Source of the DNA: a virus
Lineage: Duplodnaviria > Caudoviricetes
Length of the DNA: 53,896 nucleotides
Strand: one strand, 5' to 3'
IMG/VR virus record: IMGVR_UViG_3300032282_004021
Coordinates: 1 to 53,896 of that record
Both the position numbers and the translations under genes were made by a program. Positions 1 through 8,989 of the stretch are shown piece by piece. The notes beneath the pieces were generated by a model. The model searched no databases. It saw only the letters and a list, made by a program, of their open reading frames with translations, and had not been told where the DNA came from. Numbering within the stretch: the first letter of the stretch is position 1; each line of letters starts with the position of its first letter.

Positions 1-1383
1 CCGGATTTGAAGCCAGTTCTATGGGCAGATGGAGTTATAGTAAAGATAGGTGATGAATACATATGTAGTAAGAGGACGTTGGCAGACATTCTAAACTCTA
101 ACAACCCACACTACGATATAGCAGAGAATGGTAGGGTACTGAATCGACCAATGGGTCGTTCCGTTCCAATCATTCAGATAGACACAACGAAGTTAAAGCA
201 GATGGGTGATGCCAGAGACCGGATAAACCGATACGCTGGTGTAAAGAGTGTAGATTACTTAAATGAATCTGAACTGGTACCGGGTACTAAGATACCGCAA
301 GGACTTCTTAATCAAATAAACTGGACCTTAGTGGATGGTTTAGAACGATACCCTGACCGTTTTGAGGTATGGGATATACTGGCTTCACTGCAAGCGAACT
401 ATTCGGTACAATCCCTGGTTACTAATACTACGCAGGAAGATGGTAAGTTGGATAAGGTAAAGTTGGAAGTATTTCTCGTGGGTATGGACGAGAGGTTGCG
501 ACTAATCCGCAGTGATTTTAACTCTATAAAGCGTATGTTCTATAACGGAGACCCACCACCGGGTACCGTCGCTACTCTCAAGTACGTAAGGGTTGCTAAA
601 ACTATTGATCCGGAGGAAGAGGGCAGTAAAAACTCTACGGTATTTAAAGAAACCGAATTGGTTGGTGTTCAAGAAATGCCGATTACTAAAACTGCAAATG
701 CTATTAATGCGGATATACTGGAAACGAAATCTACGGCCGCAGGCGATGGCAAAAATGTAGGAACGGATAGTGTTACGGGAGCCGGTATACGTGTACAACC
801 ACCGGATCAATCGGCTACTCAAGTGGCAAAGTGGCAATCGTATGGTTGGACAGTAGAGGAAGCGGAATACTTAAAGAGAACATCGATTCTGGAAGTAGAA
901 AACCCACCCGTTAGGGCGGCAGAGTTTATTCCTCGTAAGATAGCGGCAGCAGGTATTATTAACAATCCGCCGAGCTGGACATACTATGGAGTGAAAGATA
1001 CTACTACGGATCGTATTACGGGTATAAATCGGGTACGTTGGACACCGGCTATGCTGGAAAAAGGTAAGATATTGGACCCTTTACCTAAGACTTGGGGAAA
1101 TACTACAACAAACCTATATGGAACGGCCAATCCGGTAATAAATAGTATAGCTCAAAACCGACTTACTGAATTATATGGAACTCCGCCTGCTGGGGCTGCT
1201 TATACAAGTGCTAATAAACGTGAATACTGGTGGATTGATGCGAATAATCGTCGTCAAGCGGAGATAGTGAACCTGGCGTATAACATACATAAGATTGAAT
1301 TGGAAACGGGTAAAGCGATACCTGTTGCTCCTACACCAACTGCTCCTGTTGGGAATCCGGCAATACATAGAGCTGCATTGTAA
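1..1383 (+). CDS. Hypothetical protein, probably 5'-truncated by the window edge
   Basis: Frame is open from base 1 (track start is TTG at 7); visibly more GC-rich than the rest of the window; no motif recognised. Confidence 0.6.
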   Translation, partial: PDLKPVLWADGVIVKIGDEYICSKRTLADILNSNNPHYDIAENGRVLNRPMGRSVPIIQIDTTKLKQMGDARDRINRYAGVKSVDYLNESELVPGTKIPQGLLNQINWTLVDGLERYPDRFEVWDILASLQANYSVQSLVTNTTQEDGKLDKVKLEVFLVGMDERLRLIRSDFNSIKRMFYNGDPPPGTVATLKYVRVAKTIDPEEEGSKNSTVFKETELVGVQEMPITKTANAINADILETKSTAAGDGKNVGTDSVTGAGIRVQPPDQSATQVAKWQSYGWTVEEAEYLKRTSILEVENPPVRAAEFIPRKIAAAGIINNPPSWTYYGVKDTTTDRITGINRVRWTPAMLEKGKILDPLPKTWGNTTTNLYGTANPVINSIAQNRLTELYGTPPAGAAYTSANKREYWWIDANNRRQAEIVNLAYNIHKIELETGKAIPVAPTPTAPVGNPAIHRAAL

Positions 1384-1485
1384 TCAATAAAAAATTCCTT
1401 TCTTAACGACTTCCCCCCCACGAAAAATTTTTACTACTACCCCCAACCCCCTCCCCTGCGATTTTACGATAAATGGGATAAATAG

Positions 1486-1516
1486 TTTGTAAATTCATTT
1501 ATTTTTCGTATATTTA
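1486..1516 (+). promoter_or_regulatory. Bacteroidota-type (-33/-7) early promoter
   Basis: TTTG(1486)-N19-TATATTTA(1509), just upstream of ATG 1522. Confidence 0.6.
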
Positions 1517-1521
1517 ATTAT

Positions 1522-1845
1522 ATGAATATAAAGGCGTTAAATAAATTAGAGTCCGGTTGGATAAAATTGGATTGGTCTGAATGGCTTAATAGAAAACCAC
1601 TTAAAGATGATGACCTCATGTCTATTGTCGATATTATTGATATATTCAAATCAAATCGTCAGGCAAAGGAAGTGGTGATAATGAAACTTAAATTCATACC
1701 AGCGTATGTAACTATCCGTAAAGAAGAATATGTGGAGTTATTAGATAATATATGTCAAATAATGATTGATAGAGAATTATATGAAGGTTGTAATAGAATA
1801 ATGAAGATAAAAGAAAAGTTATGCTCAAATTTGAAGAAATCCTAA
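1522..1845 (+). CDS. Hypothetical protein with UVR-like C-terminal helix pair
   Basis: ORF follows a promoter; ELYEGCNRIMKIKE resembles the UVR motif. Confidence 0.6.
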   Translation: MNIKALNKLESGWIKLDWSEWLNRKPLKDDDLMSIVDIIDIFKSNRQAKEVVIMKLKFIPAYVTIRKEEYVELLDNICQIMIDRELYEGCNRIMKIKEKLCSNLKKS

Positions 1846-2078
1846 AAGCTTGGATTATAAAATATAACCCAACAGAAAAACAAAAGGAACTGGCCCTAAA
1901 GCGATTGGATATATGTAACGAATGTCCATCCCGTAAAGAAAAGACTTTTAATAGTACAACCTTGATAGTTTATTGTGGTGAATGTGGATGTCCGTTAGAA
2001 GCCAAATCACATTCACCAAAAAGGAATGGTGCATGTCCACTAGGTAAGTGGGATGCATTAGATAAAAATTTCAAATAA
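1821..2078 (+). CDS. Small Cys-rich putative zinc-binding protein
   Basis: CNECP...CGECGC...CPLGKW. Confidence 0.7.
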   Translation: MLKFEEILKAWIIKYNPTEKQKELALKRLDICNECPSRKEKTFNSTTLIVYCGECGCPLEAKSHSPKRNGACPLGKWDALDKNFK

Positions 2079-2083
2079 CCGAT

Positions 2084-2404
2084 ATGATAATACTACCAGA
2101 AACCCCCATAACTGATGCATCCTTTGATAAATGGAAGTCGCATCGTATTGATGTTGAAGAAGGAGAAGAAAGTTATTATTACTTTGTTATTCCTCTTATA
2201 GATGTAGATGAAAAGGAATTAGAACGTATAGAGGAAATCCCTGCACTATTTTCATCAGAGTCCGATAACTTTATAGATTCTGAATCGGGTAAGACGGTAT
2301 TCACTGTACGCATGTTTGATGAAGACCTTCCCGAATTAACAACTGAGGAAGAGGTTGAAATTCTATATAAAATACTTACAAAAAAGGAATTATTTTGTAG
2401 ATAA
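2084..2404 (+). CDS. Acidic hypothetical protein
   Basis: Tightly packed ORF with typical codon usage. Confidence 0.65.
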   Translation: MIILPETPITDASFDKWKSHRIDVEEGEESYYYFVIPLIDVDEKELERIEEIPALFSSESDNFIDSESGKTVFTVRMFDEDLPELTTEEEVEILYKILTKKELFCR

Positions 2405-2420
2405 CCCATATAAAAATAAG

Positions 2421-2452
2421 TTTGGTAATTTCAGGTATTTTTCGTATATTAG
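2421..2452 (+). promoter_or_regulatory. Bacteroidota-type early promoter
   Basis: TTTG(2421)-N20-TATATTAG(2445). Confidence 0.65.
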
Positions 2453-2469
2453 AGTATAAAACCTAAAAT

Positions 2470-3117
2470 ATGAAACAAAAATCAGAAAAAGAATTACAAG
2501 CTAATTACGAAAAATTTATTGCAATCGTTAAAAAGTATTTCACAGGCGAAAGACTTGAACGATTGCTACATATGTATTCCGAATCGGAATTAGGAATTAA
2601 TCTTGCTGTTTCACCAGCAAGTGGTAACGCGGGTTATCATAATTGTTATACTGGTGGTTATATAGACCATATATTCAATGTATGTCGGAATGCACTTAAA
2701 GTAAAAGCAATGTTTATTGAATTGGGTGGTAAGCCTGATTTTACGGATGAAGAATTAATCTTTTGTGCACTTCATCACGATATAGGTAAATTGGGTACAA
2801 AGGGTAAACCACATTATATCCCCAATGATTCCGATTGGCATGTAAAGAATAAAGGTGCTATGTACAAAACTAATACCGATAATGTTTATATGACAATTAC
2901 TGATAGAACATTTTTTACTTTACAAGATTATGGTGTAAAGCTTTCAGAAGCGGAGTATTTCGGTATTAAACTAACTGATGGTCTTTATGATGAAGATAAT
3001 CAAAAGTATCTTAAAGTATTTGATTCATCAAAAAGAATGCGTTTTAAAATTCCATACGTAATGCATTGGGCTGACCATATGAGTACAGTAATTGAATCAC
3101 AAGAAAATACAATATAA
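2470..3117 (+). CDS. HD-domain phosphohydrolase (YhaM-like)
   Basis: YHNCYTGGYIDH...ALHHDIGK...HWAD gives the H..HD..D metal ligands. Confidence 0.8.
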   Translation: MKQKSEKELQANYEKFIAIVKKYFTGERLERLLHMYSESELGINLAVSPASGNAGYHNCYTGGYIDHIFNVCRNALKVKAMFIELGGKPDFTDEELIFCALHHDIGKLGTKGKPHYIPNDSDWHVKNKGAMYKTNTDNVYMTITDRTFFTLQDYGVKLSEAEYFGIKLTDGLYDEDNQKYLKVFDSSKRMRFKIPYVMHWADHMSTVIESQENTI

Positions 3118-3118
3118 T

Positions 3119-4174
3119 ATGAAACTGGCATTAACTTACGATGATATACAATTAGTTCCCGCATATTCGGAAATAACTTCTAGAAAGAATATACGATTAG
3201 AAACATTATTTACAACACGATATGGATTAATTCGTCCACTAGTTGCCGCACCAATGGATACGGTATGTAGTTCCGAAATGGCAATAGCTATGATGGAACT
3301 TGGTGGAGTTGGAATAATTCATAGATTCATGTCAATAGATGAACAATGTGCGGAAGTAGCCAAAGTTAAATCCGCTTGTAATATGGAAATGTATGAAAAA
3401 TGGGGAGTGATGTATGATGATTGGCATTCCGATATTAAAGATATACCCTTATGTGCAGCAGTTGGTGCTAATGGTGATTTTTACGAAAGAGCAATTGCAT
3501 TAGTTATGGCCGGTGCAAATGTAATCCTTATTGATGTTGCACATGGGCATCATAAAAACGTAAAGAATGCAATATCAGAAATTAAAAGTATAAAATCTAC
3601 AATAGATGTAATAGCCGGTAATATCGCAACAGCCAAAGCTGCCGAAGACCTAATCGCTTGGGGAGCAGATGGATTGCGTGTTGGTATTGGTGGTGGTAGT
3701 TTATGTACGACTAGAGTTAAGACCGGATTTGGTATTCCTAATGTAACGTGTATTGAAACTATATGTGATATGGCAGATGTGCCTGTAATCGCTGATGGTG
3801 GTATAAGGAGTAGCGGTGATATAGCAAAGGCTTTGGCTTTAGGAGCATCAACGGTAATGGTTGGGTCACTAATCGCAGGAACGGAAGAAGCGCCCGGTTC
3901 TATTATTGAAAAACCAAACGGATTATATAAAAGATACAGAGGTGCTGCATCACTTGAAACCAAAATAGCACATGGACAAGAAGAACGTAACGTAGAAGGT
4001 GAATCAACAGTCATTCCCTACAAAGGCGGAGTGAAATATATCGTAGAAGGATTATTGGATGGTGTTCGCTCGGCCCTTTCATACGCAGGTGCAAGTTCAT
4101 TACAACACTATGCACCGGCTTATATTCAGGTTACAAACGCCGGACAAAATGAAGCAGGACCACATTTATTATGA
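3119..4174 (+). CDS. guaB: IMP dehydrogenase / GMP reductase family protein without CBS domains
   Basis: LTYDDI, APMDTV, IDVAHGH, GIGGGSLCTTR (catalytic Cys), IADGGI, EGES; likely start is ATG 3119; GuaB vs GuaC not resolved. Confidence 0.85.
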   Translation: MKLALTYDDIQLVPAYSEITSRKNIRLETLFTTRYGLIRPLVAAPMDTVCSSEMAIAMMELGGVGIIHRFMSIDEQCAEVAKVKSACNMEMYEKWGVMYDDWHSDIKDIPLCAAVGANGDFYERAIALVMAGANVILIDVAHGHHKNVKNAISEIKSIKSTIDVIAGNIATAKAAEDLIAWGADGLRVGIGGGSLCTTRVKTGFGIPNVTCIETICDMADVPVIADGGIRSSGDIAKALALGASTVMVGSLIAGTEEAPGSIIEKPNGLYKRYRGAASLETKIAHGQEERNVEGESTVIPYKGGVKYIVEGLLDGVRSALSYAGASSLQHYAPAYIQVTNAGQNEAGPHLL

Positions 4175-4211
4175 CGATTTGTCAGATTTTTTGGTTTGGT
4201 ATAGTAGTTGA
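4172..4211 (+). promoter_or_regulatory. Inverted repeat plus sigma54-like element upstream of hsp20
   Basis: TGAC-N5-GTCA (4172-4184) and TGGTATA-N4-TTGA (4197-4211). Confidence 0.4.
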
Positions 4212-4256
4212 TTAATAGTAGTATAAAAATTATTATTAACAACAAAACAAACAATT

Positions 4257-4646
4257 ATGAACAAAACAACATTCGATGCACTATTTGATGATTTTTTCTT
4301 TAACACCCTTTATACAAAGAATAAAAACAATTATTCTTATCCGCCAACAAGATGTGCGGTTGATTCGCAGGATGATAAATTAGAACTGGCATTTTCGGTT
4401 ATAGGACATGACCCTAAAAATATAGAGGTGAATTTGACTACTGATAAAATTCATATTAAAGCAAAAAAAGATTCCGATGATAAATCCATATCAGGTCAGT
4501 TAATAAAAGATATTGATGAAACCCTATATCTGACAAAGGAATTTGATGGGCTTACTGCTAAAGCACAAATCAAAAATGGTGTTCTATCAATTTTGGTCGA
4601 TAAAAAAGAAGACCAAAAACCAAAAAAATTATCTATTAAATTTTAG
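4257..4646 (+). CDS. Small heat-shock protein (Hsp20/alpha-crystallin)
   Basis: FDDFF N-terminus, GHDPKNIEV, AQIKNGVLSI, C-terminal LSI (IxI-like). Confidence 0.85.
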   Translation: MNKTTFDALFDDFFFNTLYTKNKNNYSYPPTRCAVDSQDDKLELAFSVIGHDPKNIEVNLTTDKIHIKAKKDSDDKSISGQLIKDIDETLYLTKEFDGLTAKAQIKNGVLSILVDKKEDQKPKKLSIKF

Positions 4647-4674
4647 GTAATTTCGGTTATTTTACTTATATTTT
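4643..4674 (+). promoter_or_regulatory. Bacteroidota-type promoter variant
   Basis: TTAG(4643)-N20-TATATTTT(4667); same internal pattern as the 2421 site. Confidence 0.4.
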
Positions 4675-4706
4675 AAGGGTAGGGTAATTCCTACCCTTAT
4701 TTTTTT
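4674..4706 (+). terminator. Rho-independent terminator
   Basis: 10-bp stem TAAGGGTAGG/CCTACCCTTA, 6-nt loop, T7 tail. Confidence 0.85.
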
Positions 4707-4713
4707 ATTACTA

Positions 4714-4722
4714 ATATTTATA
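4714..4722 (+). promoter_or_regulatory. Putative late promoter
   Basis: ATATTTATA 4 nt upstream of ATG 4727. Confidence 0.55.
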
Positions 4723-4726
4723 ACAT

Positions 4727-4906
4727 ATGGTTTACAAACAAAAAGCAATGGTCCTTTTAGAAAGCCTTGAAGGAAAATTAAGATTAATTGAAAACGTTTC
4801 AAATGGTTCATTAAATATGGATGCGGAGCAAGTGGATCAATTAATTCAACAAACAAAAAATATTAGGGAGCAACTTGCTAACCTAATCAGTATAGAGAGA
4901 GACTAA
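4727..4906 (+). CDS. 59-aa helical hypothetical protein (absent from ORF track)
   Basis: MVYKQKAMVLLESLEGKLRLIENVSNGS...ISIERD*; TAATG overlap with the next gene. Confidence 0.75.
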   Translation: MVYKQKAMVLLESLEGKLRLIENVSNGSLNMDAEQVDQLIQQTKNIREQLANLISIERD

Positions 4907-6006
4907 TGAATTGGTTAAAATACCTGGTGGGATTTTCGGCATTAATTATAGCCGGATGTGCAGCTTATTTCTCCGTAACGGGATTAGGTGTGCTGTTTTC
5001 GGGTGCGTCTGTTTCGGTAATGATAATGGCGGGTTCATTGGAGTTCGCAAAATTAGTTGCAGCAACATACCTAAAGCAAAAATGGGAAAACATACGTGGA
5101 TTTAATAGGATTTACCTTACACTTTCGGTAGGTATTCTAATGTTAATCACTTCTTTAGGTATTTTTGGTTATCTTTCAAATGCTTTCCAACAACAAAATC
5201 TACGATTAGAGCAAGTTCAACGGGAAATAGGGGTTTGGGATGGTAAAATTAAGCAAAATAATGAACAAATCGCTCAATTATCCGAACAAACAAAACAATA
5301 CAATCAAAATCAGGGTAAAATACTTGATAATAGTAAAGTAAATAATCGTGTTCTTCGTTCCATTGATAATAGGGATAAGAAAATTACCGAAATTAACGGA
5401 AAAATCGGTGTCCTACAAGATAGTACCCTAAAATACAACGAAAAAATTAATGAAATCAAAAATAATAATATTGGACTTGAAAAAGAAATAGGTGGGTTTA
5501 GGTTCGTTGCGGAGGCTTTTAACTGGCCTTTGAACACAGTAGTAAAGTACTTCATACTTTTGATAGTAATCGTATTTGACCCCCTTGCAATTGCTCTGGT
5601 CATAGCTTTCAACGGACTTCTAACTAAAAAAGTAGAGAAAACCGAAGAATCCAATAATCAACCTGAAAAAAATTATGAGATTTATGGTGAGAAACCGGTT
5701 ATAGTGGAAAATTTTATACAAAAACCAGAAGATAGTGGAAAATTTTCTACAGAAATGGAAGAAATACCGGTTATAGTGGAAAATTTTCCTACGGAGGAGC
5801 CAGAGGTTGAATTTATACCAAACAATGAAAATCATTCTACAAATTTTGATTGGAAACCATATATGCATCCCGAATTTCCGTGGCATAAACCCGAAATGTG
5901 GTTAAATAATGATCATGCGGTTAATTATTGGTTAAAGAACAATAATGATAATAGGAAGGGATTAAAACAAATTCGTAAAGAGTACGAAAATATAAAAACT
6001 TACTAA
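4906..6006 (+). CDS. Membrane protein with coiled coil
   Basis: Three N-terminal hydrophobic helices, long coiled coil, then TM segment IVIVFDPLAIAL. Confidence 0.75.
   Translation: MNWLKYLVGFSALIIAGCAAYFSVTGLGVLFSGASVSVMIMAGSLEFAKLVAATYLKQKWENIRGFNRIYLTLSVGILMLITSLGIFGYLSNAFQQQNLRLEQVQREIGVWDGKIKQNNEQIAQLSEQTKQYNQNQGKILDNSKVNNRVLRSIDNRDKKITEINGKIGVLQDSTLKYNEKINEIKNNNIGLEKEIGGFRFVAEAFNWPLNTVVKYFILLIVIVFDPLAIALVIAFNGLLTKKVEKTEESNNQPEKNYEIYGEKPVIVENFIQKPEDSGKFSTEMEEIPVIVENFPTEEPEVEFIPNNENHSTNFDWKPYMHPEFPWHKPEMWLNNDHAVNYWLKNNNDNRKGLKQIRKEYENIKTY
5701..5787 (+). repeat. Three copies of 15-mer ATAGTGGAAAATTTT
   Basis: Copies at 5701, 5732 and 5773. Confidence 0.85.
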
Positions 6007-6008
6007 TA

Positions 6009-6040
6009 TTTGGTATTTCCAAAAAAAAGTTGTATATTAC
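6009..6040 (+). promoter_or_regulatory. Bacteroidota-type early promoter
   Basis: TTTG(6009)-N20-TATATTAC(6033). Confidence 0.6.
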
Positions 6041-6044
6041 TCCT

Positions 6045-6944
6045 ATGAATATAGGATATGCTTGTATAAACATGACAATGGGTAAGAAAGTTACCACAAA
6101 TCGTTCAATGGTCAAAAGAACATTCAACGCCAAAGGTTTGGACTATGTTTCCGAACTAACTCTACTAAATGCAAAAGATATTATTAAGATTTTAGAGTGG
6201 AATAAATACAATAAAATCAATTTCTTTCGTCTTTCTTCGGCAATCGTTCCTTGGGGTGATAAGTTAGACCTTACACAATTAAAAGATTACGAAGCAATAA
6301 AATCAGCACTTAAAGAAGCCGGCGATTATGCAAAAGAGAATGGTATTCGTATCACATCACATCCCGGTCCGTTTGTTGTATTAACTTCTCCAAAAGAAAA
6401 TGTAGTTTATAACTCAATATGTGATTTGGAATTGCATGGTAAGATATTTGATATGATGGGATTGGAGCAATCACCTTACAATAAGATTAATATACATTGT
6501 AACGGAGTTTATGGCGATAAAATAAAAGCAATGGATAGATTTTGTGAGAACTTCGGAAAGCTCTCTAAATCAGTTCAAAGTAGGCTTACAGTTGAGAATG
6601 ATGATAAGGCATCAATGTATTCAGTAAGAGATTTGATGTATCTACATGATAAGATAGGTATTCCGATTGTATTTGATTATCATCACCACACATTTAACAC
6701 AGGCGATTGGACAGAAGAACAAGCATTAAATGCAGCAGCTTCAACGTGGCCTTTTTATCCAAATTATATTACACCGGTAGTACATTATTCCGAATCAAAA
6801 GCAATCCACGAAAATAATAACAAACTTAAACCACAAGCTCATTCCGATTATATTACATCACTCCCCAATACATACGAATTGGATGTGGATATTATGGTTG
6901 AAGCAAAAGCAAAGGAATTGGCAATTTTACCATTTATAAAATAA
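6045..6944 (+). CDS. uvsE: UV damage endonuclease
   Basis: IGYACIN, FRLSS, HPGPFVVL, LTVENDD, VFDYHHH, VHYSES, AHSD, MVEAKAKE; likely start is ATG 6045. Confidence 0.92.
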   Translation: MNIGYACINMTMGKKVTTNRSMVKRTFNAKGLDYVSELTLLNAKDIIKILEWNKYNKINFFRLSSAIVPWGDKLDLTQLKDYEAIKSALKEAGDYAKENGIRITSHPGPFVVLTSPKENVVYNSICDLELHGKIFDMMGLEQSPYNKINIHCNGVYGDKIKAMDRFCENFGKLSKSVQSRLTVENDDKASMYSVRDLMYLHDKIGIPIVFDYHHHTFNTGDWTEEQALNAAASTWPFYPNYITPVVHYSESKAIHENNNKLKPQAHSDYITSLPNTYELDVDIMVEAKAKELAILPFIK

Positions 6945-6950
6945 AAATTT

Positions 6951-7589
6951 ATGAAAATTATTACAGACAAAAAAAATAACGGATTAACTAATCCAGAATT
7001 TAAAGAACATTTATTAACTCCGGTCCCTAAAACCGAATTCACTACGGCTGAAATGGATGAACTCCATAAAAAGCTTTCGGAAACACTTAGTAAGCTTGAA
7101 GGAATTGGTGGATTAGGTCTTTCAGCAAATCAAATTGGAATTCGTAAAAGAGCATGCCTGATAAAGGTTGATGGAGATGAATTATTTTTAGTAAATCCAT
7201 ATATAACATATAGAGATACAGAAGGTTTTCTTTTTTACGAAGGATGTCTTTCTATTCCTAAAACTATGGAAACTCCAATTAAAACTATTCGTTCAAATAG
7301 TATTAAAGTTCAAACGGATAATATGGGTGAAATTGAATTTGCTATTAACCGTGATGGAGATGGTGAATCAATATCACCCGAAACACTTAGGACAGTTGTA
7401 ATACAACATGAAATTGACCACTTAGACGGGATAACCATTCGTGATAGGATATATTCGACTACCGTTAAAAAAAGAATTAATTATGGACGTAACGAAAAAA
7501 TTCTTATGAAATCCCCACAGGGTGAATTTGTTGAAGTGAAATACAAAAAAGCAAATGATTACTTTTTAAAAGGATATGAAATAATATAA
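6951..7589 (+). CDS. def: Peptide deformylase
   Basis: GLGLSANQIG, EGCLS, QHEIDHLDG; GRNEK C-terminal extension. Confidence 0.93.
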   Translation: MKIITDKKNNGLTNPEFKEHLLTPVPKTEFTTAEMDELHKKLSETLSKLEGIGGLGLSANQIGIRKRACLIKVDGDELFLVNPYITYRDTEGFLFYEGCLSIPKTMETPIKTIRSNSIKVQTDNMGEIEFAINRDGDGESISPETLRTVVIQHEIDHLDGITIRDRIYSTTVKKRINYGRNEKILMKSPQGEFVEVKYKKANDYFLKGYEII

Positions 7590-7591
7590 TT

Positions 7592-7852
7592 ATGATATAC
7601 AACATACTGATAGGAATTATTATAACCATATTGTGTTATTCTAATCTGAATCTTCTTCGTAAATTAGAAAGATATGAAGATGTTATTGAAGAAAATGATA
7701 AATTCATTGAAGATGAATTAACAAGAAACGAAGCATTACTGGAAGCGTTAAGGCAGATTGATAATCGCCAAATGTTTGAGAAGGATGATGAAGTAGGTTC
7801 TATATTTTATCAAATTAAAGAAACAATCGAAAGATTTAAAAACCAAAACTAA
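7592..7852 (+). CDS. Small protein with N-terminal TM segment and coiled coil
   Basis: Hydrophobic residues 2-20 followed by a charged helix. Confidence 0.7.
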   Translation: MIYNILIGIIITILCYSNLNLLRKLERYEDVIEENDKFIEDELTRNEALLEALRQIDNRQMFEKDDEVGSIFYQIKETIERFKNQN

Positions 7853-7854
7853 GT

Positions 7855-8544
7855 ATGCCACGTAAAAAAAACTCAAAACAATATTTTACAAAAGAAACAG
7901 AAAATGCTATTGTATTATATAATGAATTAGAAAATCAAAGAGAAAAAGATAAAATATACAAAGAGCAAATTAAACCAGCGTTTGATAAGTTGGCAGAGAT
8001 TGTATATAATAAGTGGGGATTTACGTATTTTGATGATGAACCAAAGGATGTAATGTGTGAGGTGGTTGCATTTATGATTGAAAAAATACATATGTACAAA
8101 AATGGTAAAGGGAAAGCATTCTCATATTTTACTATTGTGGCCCGTAATTATCTTATTCTTAATAATAATGCTAACTACAAACGTTATAAAGATACAGATA
8201 TACTTTCTAAAATGCCGGATAGCTGGGACACTGAAAATAACTTTAGAGAAGAAGTTCGTAATGATGAACATCGTACATTTAATAAACGTATGTTAGTATA
8301 TTGGGATAAACACCTTGAAACATTTTTTACAAAAAAGAGAGATATTCAAATTGCCGATGCACTTTTAGAATTATTCAGAAGAGCACAATATATTGAAAAC
8401 TTTAATAAAAAATCATTATATCTACTTGTTAGAGAAATGACAGGTTACCCCACACACTATATAACAAAGGTTGTCAACAAAATGAAACAAAAACAAATGG
8501 AATTATACAATGAATTTGACCGAGTAGGTGATATTGCTGTATAA
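7855..8544 (+). CDS. Phage late sigma factor (T4 gp55-like)
   Basis: N-terminal QYFT and region-2-like KAFSYFTIVARNYLI; precedes the structural module. Confidence 0.65.
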   Translation: MPRKKNSKQYFTKETENAIVLYNELENQREKDKIYKEQIKPAFDKLAEIVYNKWGFTYFDDEPKDVMCEVVAFMIEKIHMYKNGKGKAFSYFTIVARNYLILNNNANYKRYKDTDILSKMPDSWDTENNFREEVRNDEHRTFNKRMLVYWDKHLETFFTKKRDIQIADALLELFRRAQYIENFNKKSLYLLVREMTGYPTHYITKVVNKMKQKQMELYNEFDRVGDIAV

Positions 8545-8584
8545 AACTATCATTTTTGATAATTATTATTAAAGATTATACTTT

Positions 8585-8989
8585 ATGAGTACAGAGTTTC
8601 AATTATTTGATGGTAAAAGTTTATCATCATTATTCAGAGATATATACGATAATCAGGTTAATAAAAAGAAAAACATTTCCGAACTTATTGAATCCTTGCG
8701 TAAATTAATAAAAAACGTAGGTGAAGCTACAGTAATTGCTCCTATTATCAAAGACCTCATTGAAGTTTCTGTTAAGAATGATGAACATCTCGTCAAACTT
8801 GCAACTATTGCTCAACGTCTTGCAGCCGCAGAAGCTAAGGGTATTGGTGAGGATGGTTGGTTAAGTGAAGCAGAGAAGAATCAATTACTTATGGATATGG
8901 AAGATACAATCAATGCGGTTGAGGAAAAAAATAAAGAAAAAATAACCGATATTGAAATTGAATTAGAGGATATAAAAAAGAAATTATAA
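8585..8989 (+). CDS. Helical hypothetical protein (possibly terminase small subunit-like)
   Basis: Two long amphipathic helices, 134 aa; function speculative. Confidence 0.55.
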   Translation: MSTEFQLFDGKSLSSLFRDIYDNQVNKKKNISELIESLRKLIKNVGEATVIAPIIKDLIEVSVKNDEHLVKLATIAQRLAAAEAKGIGEDGWLSEAEKNQLLMDMEDTINAVEEKNKEKITDIEIELEDIKKKL

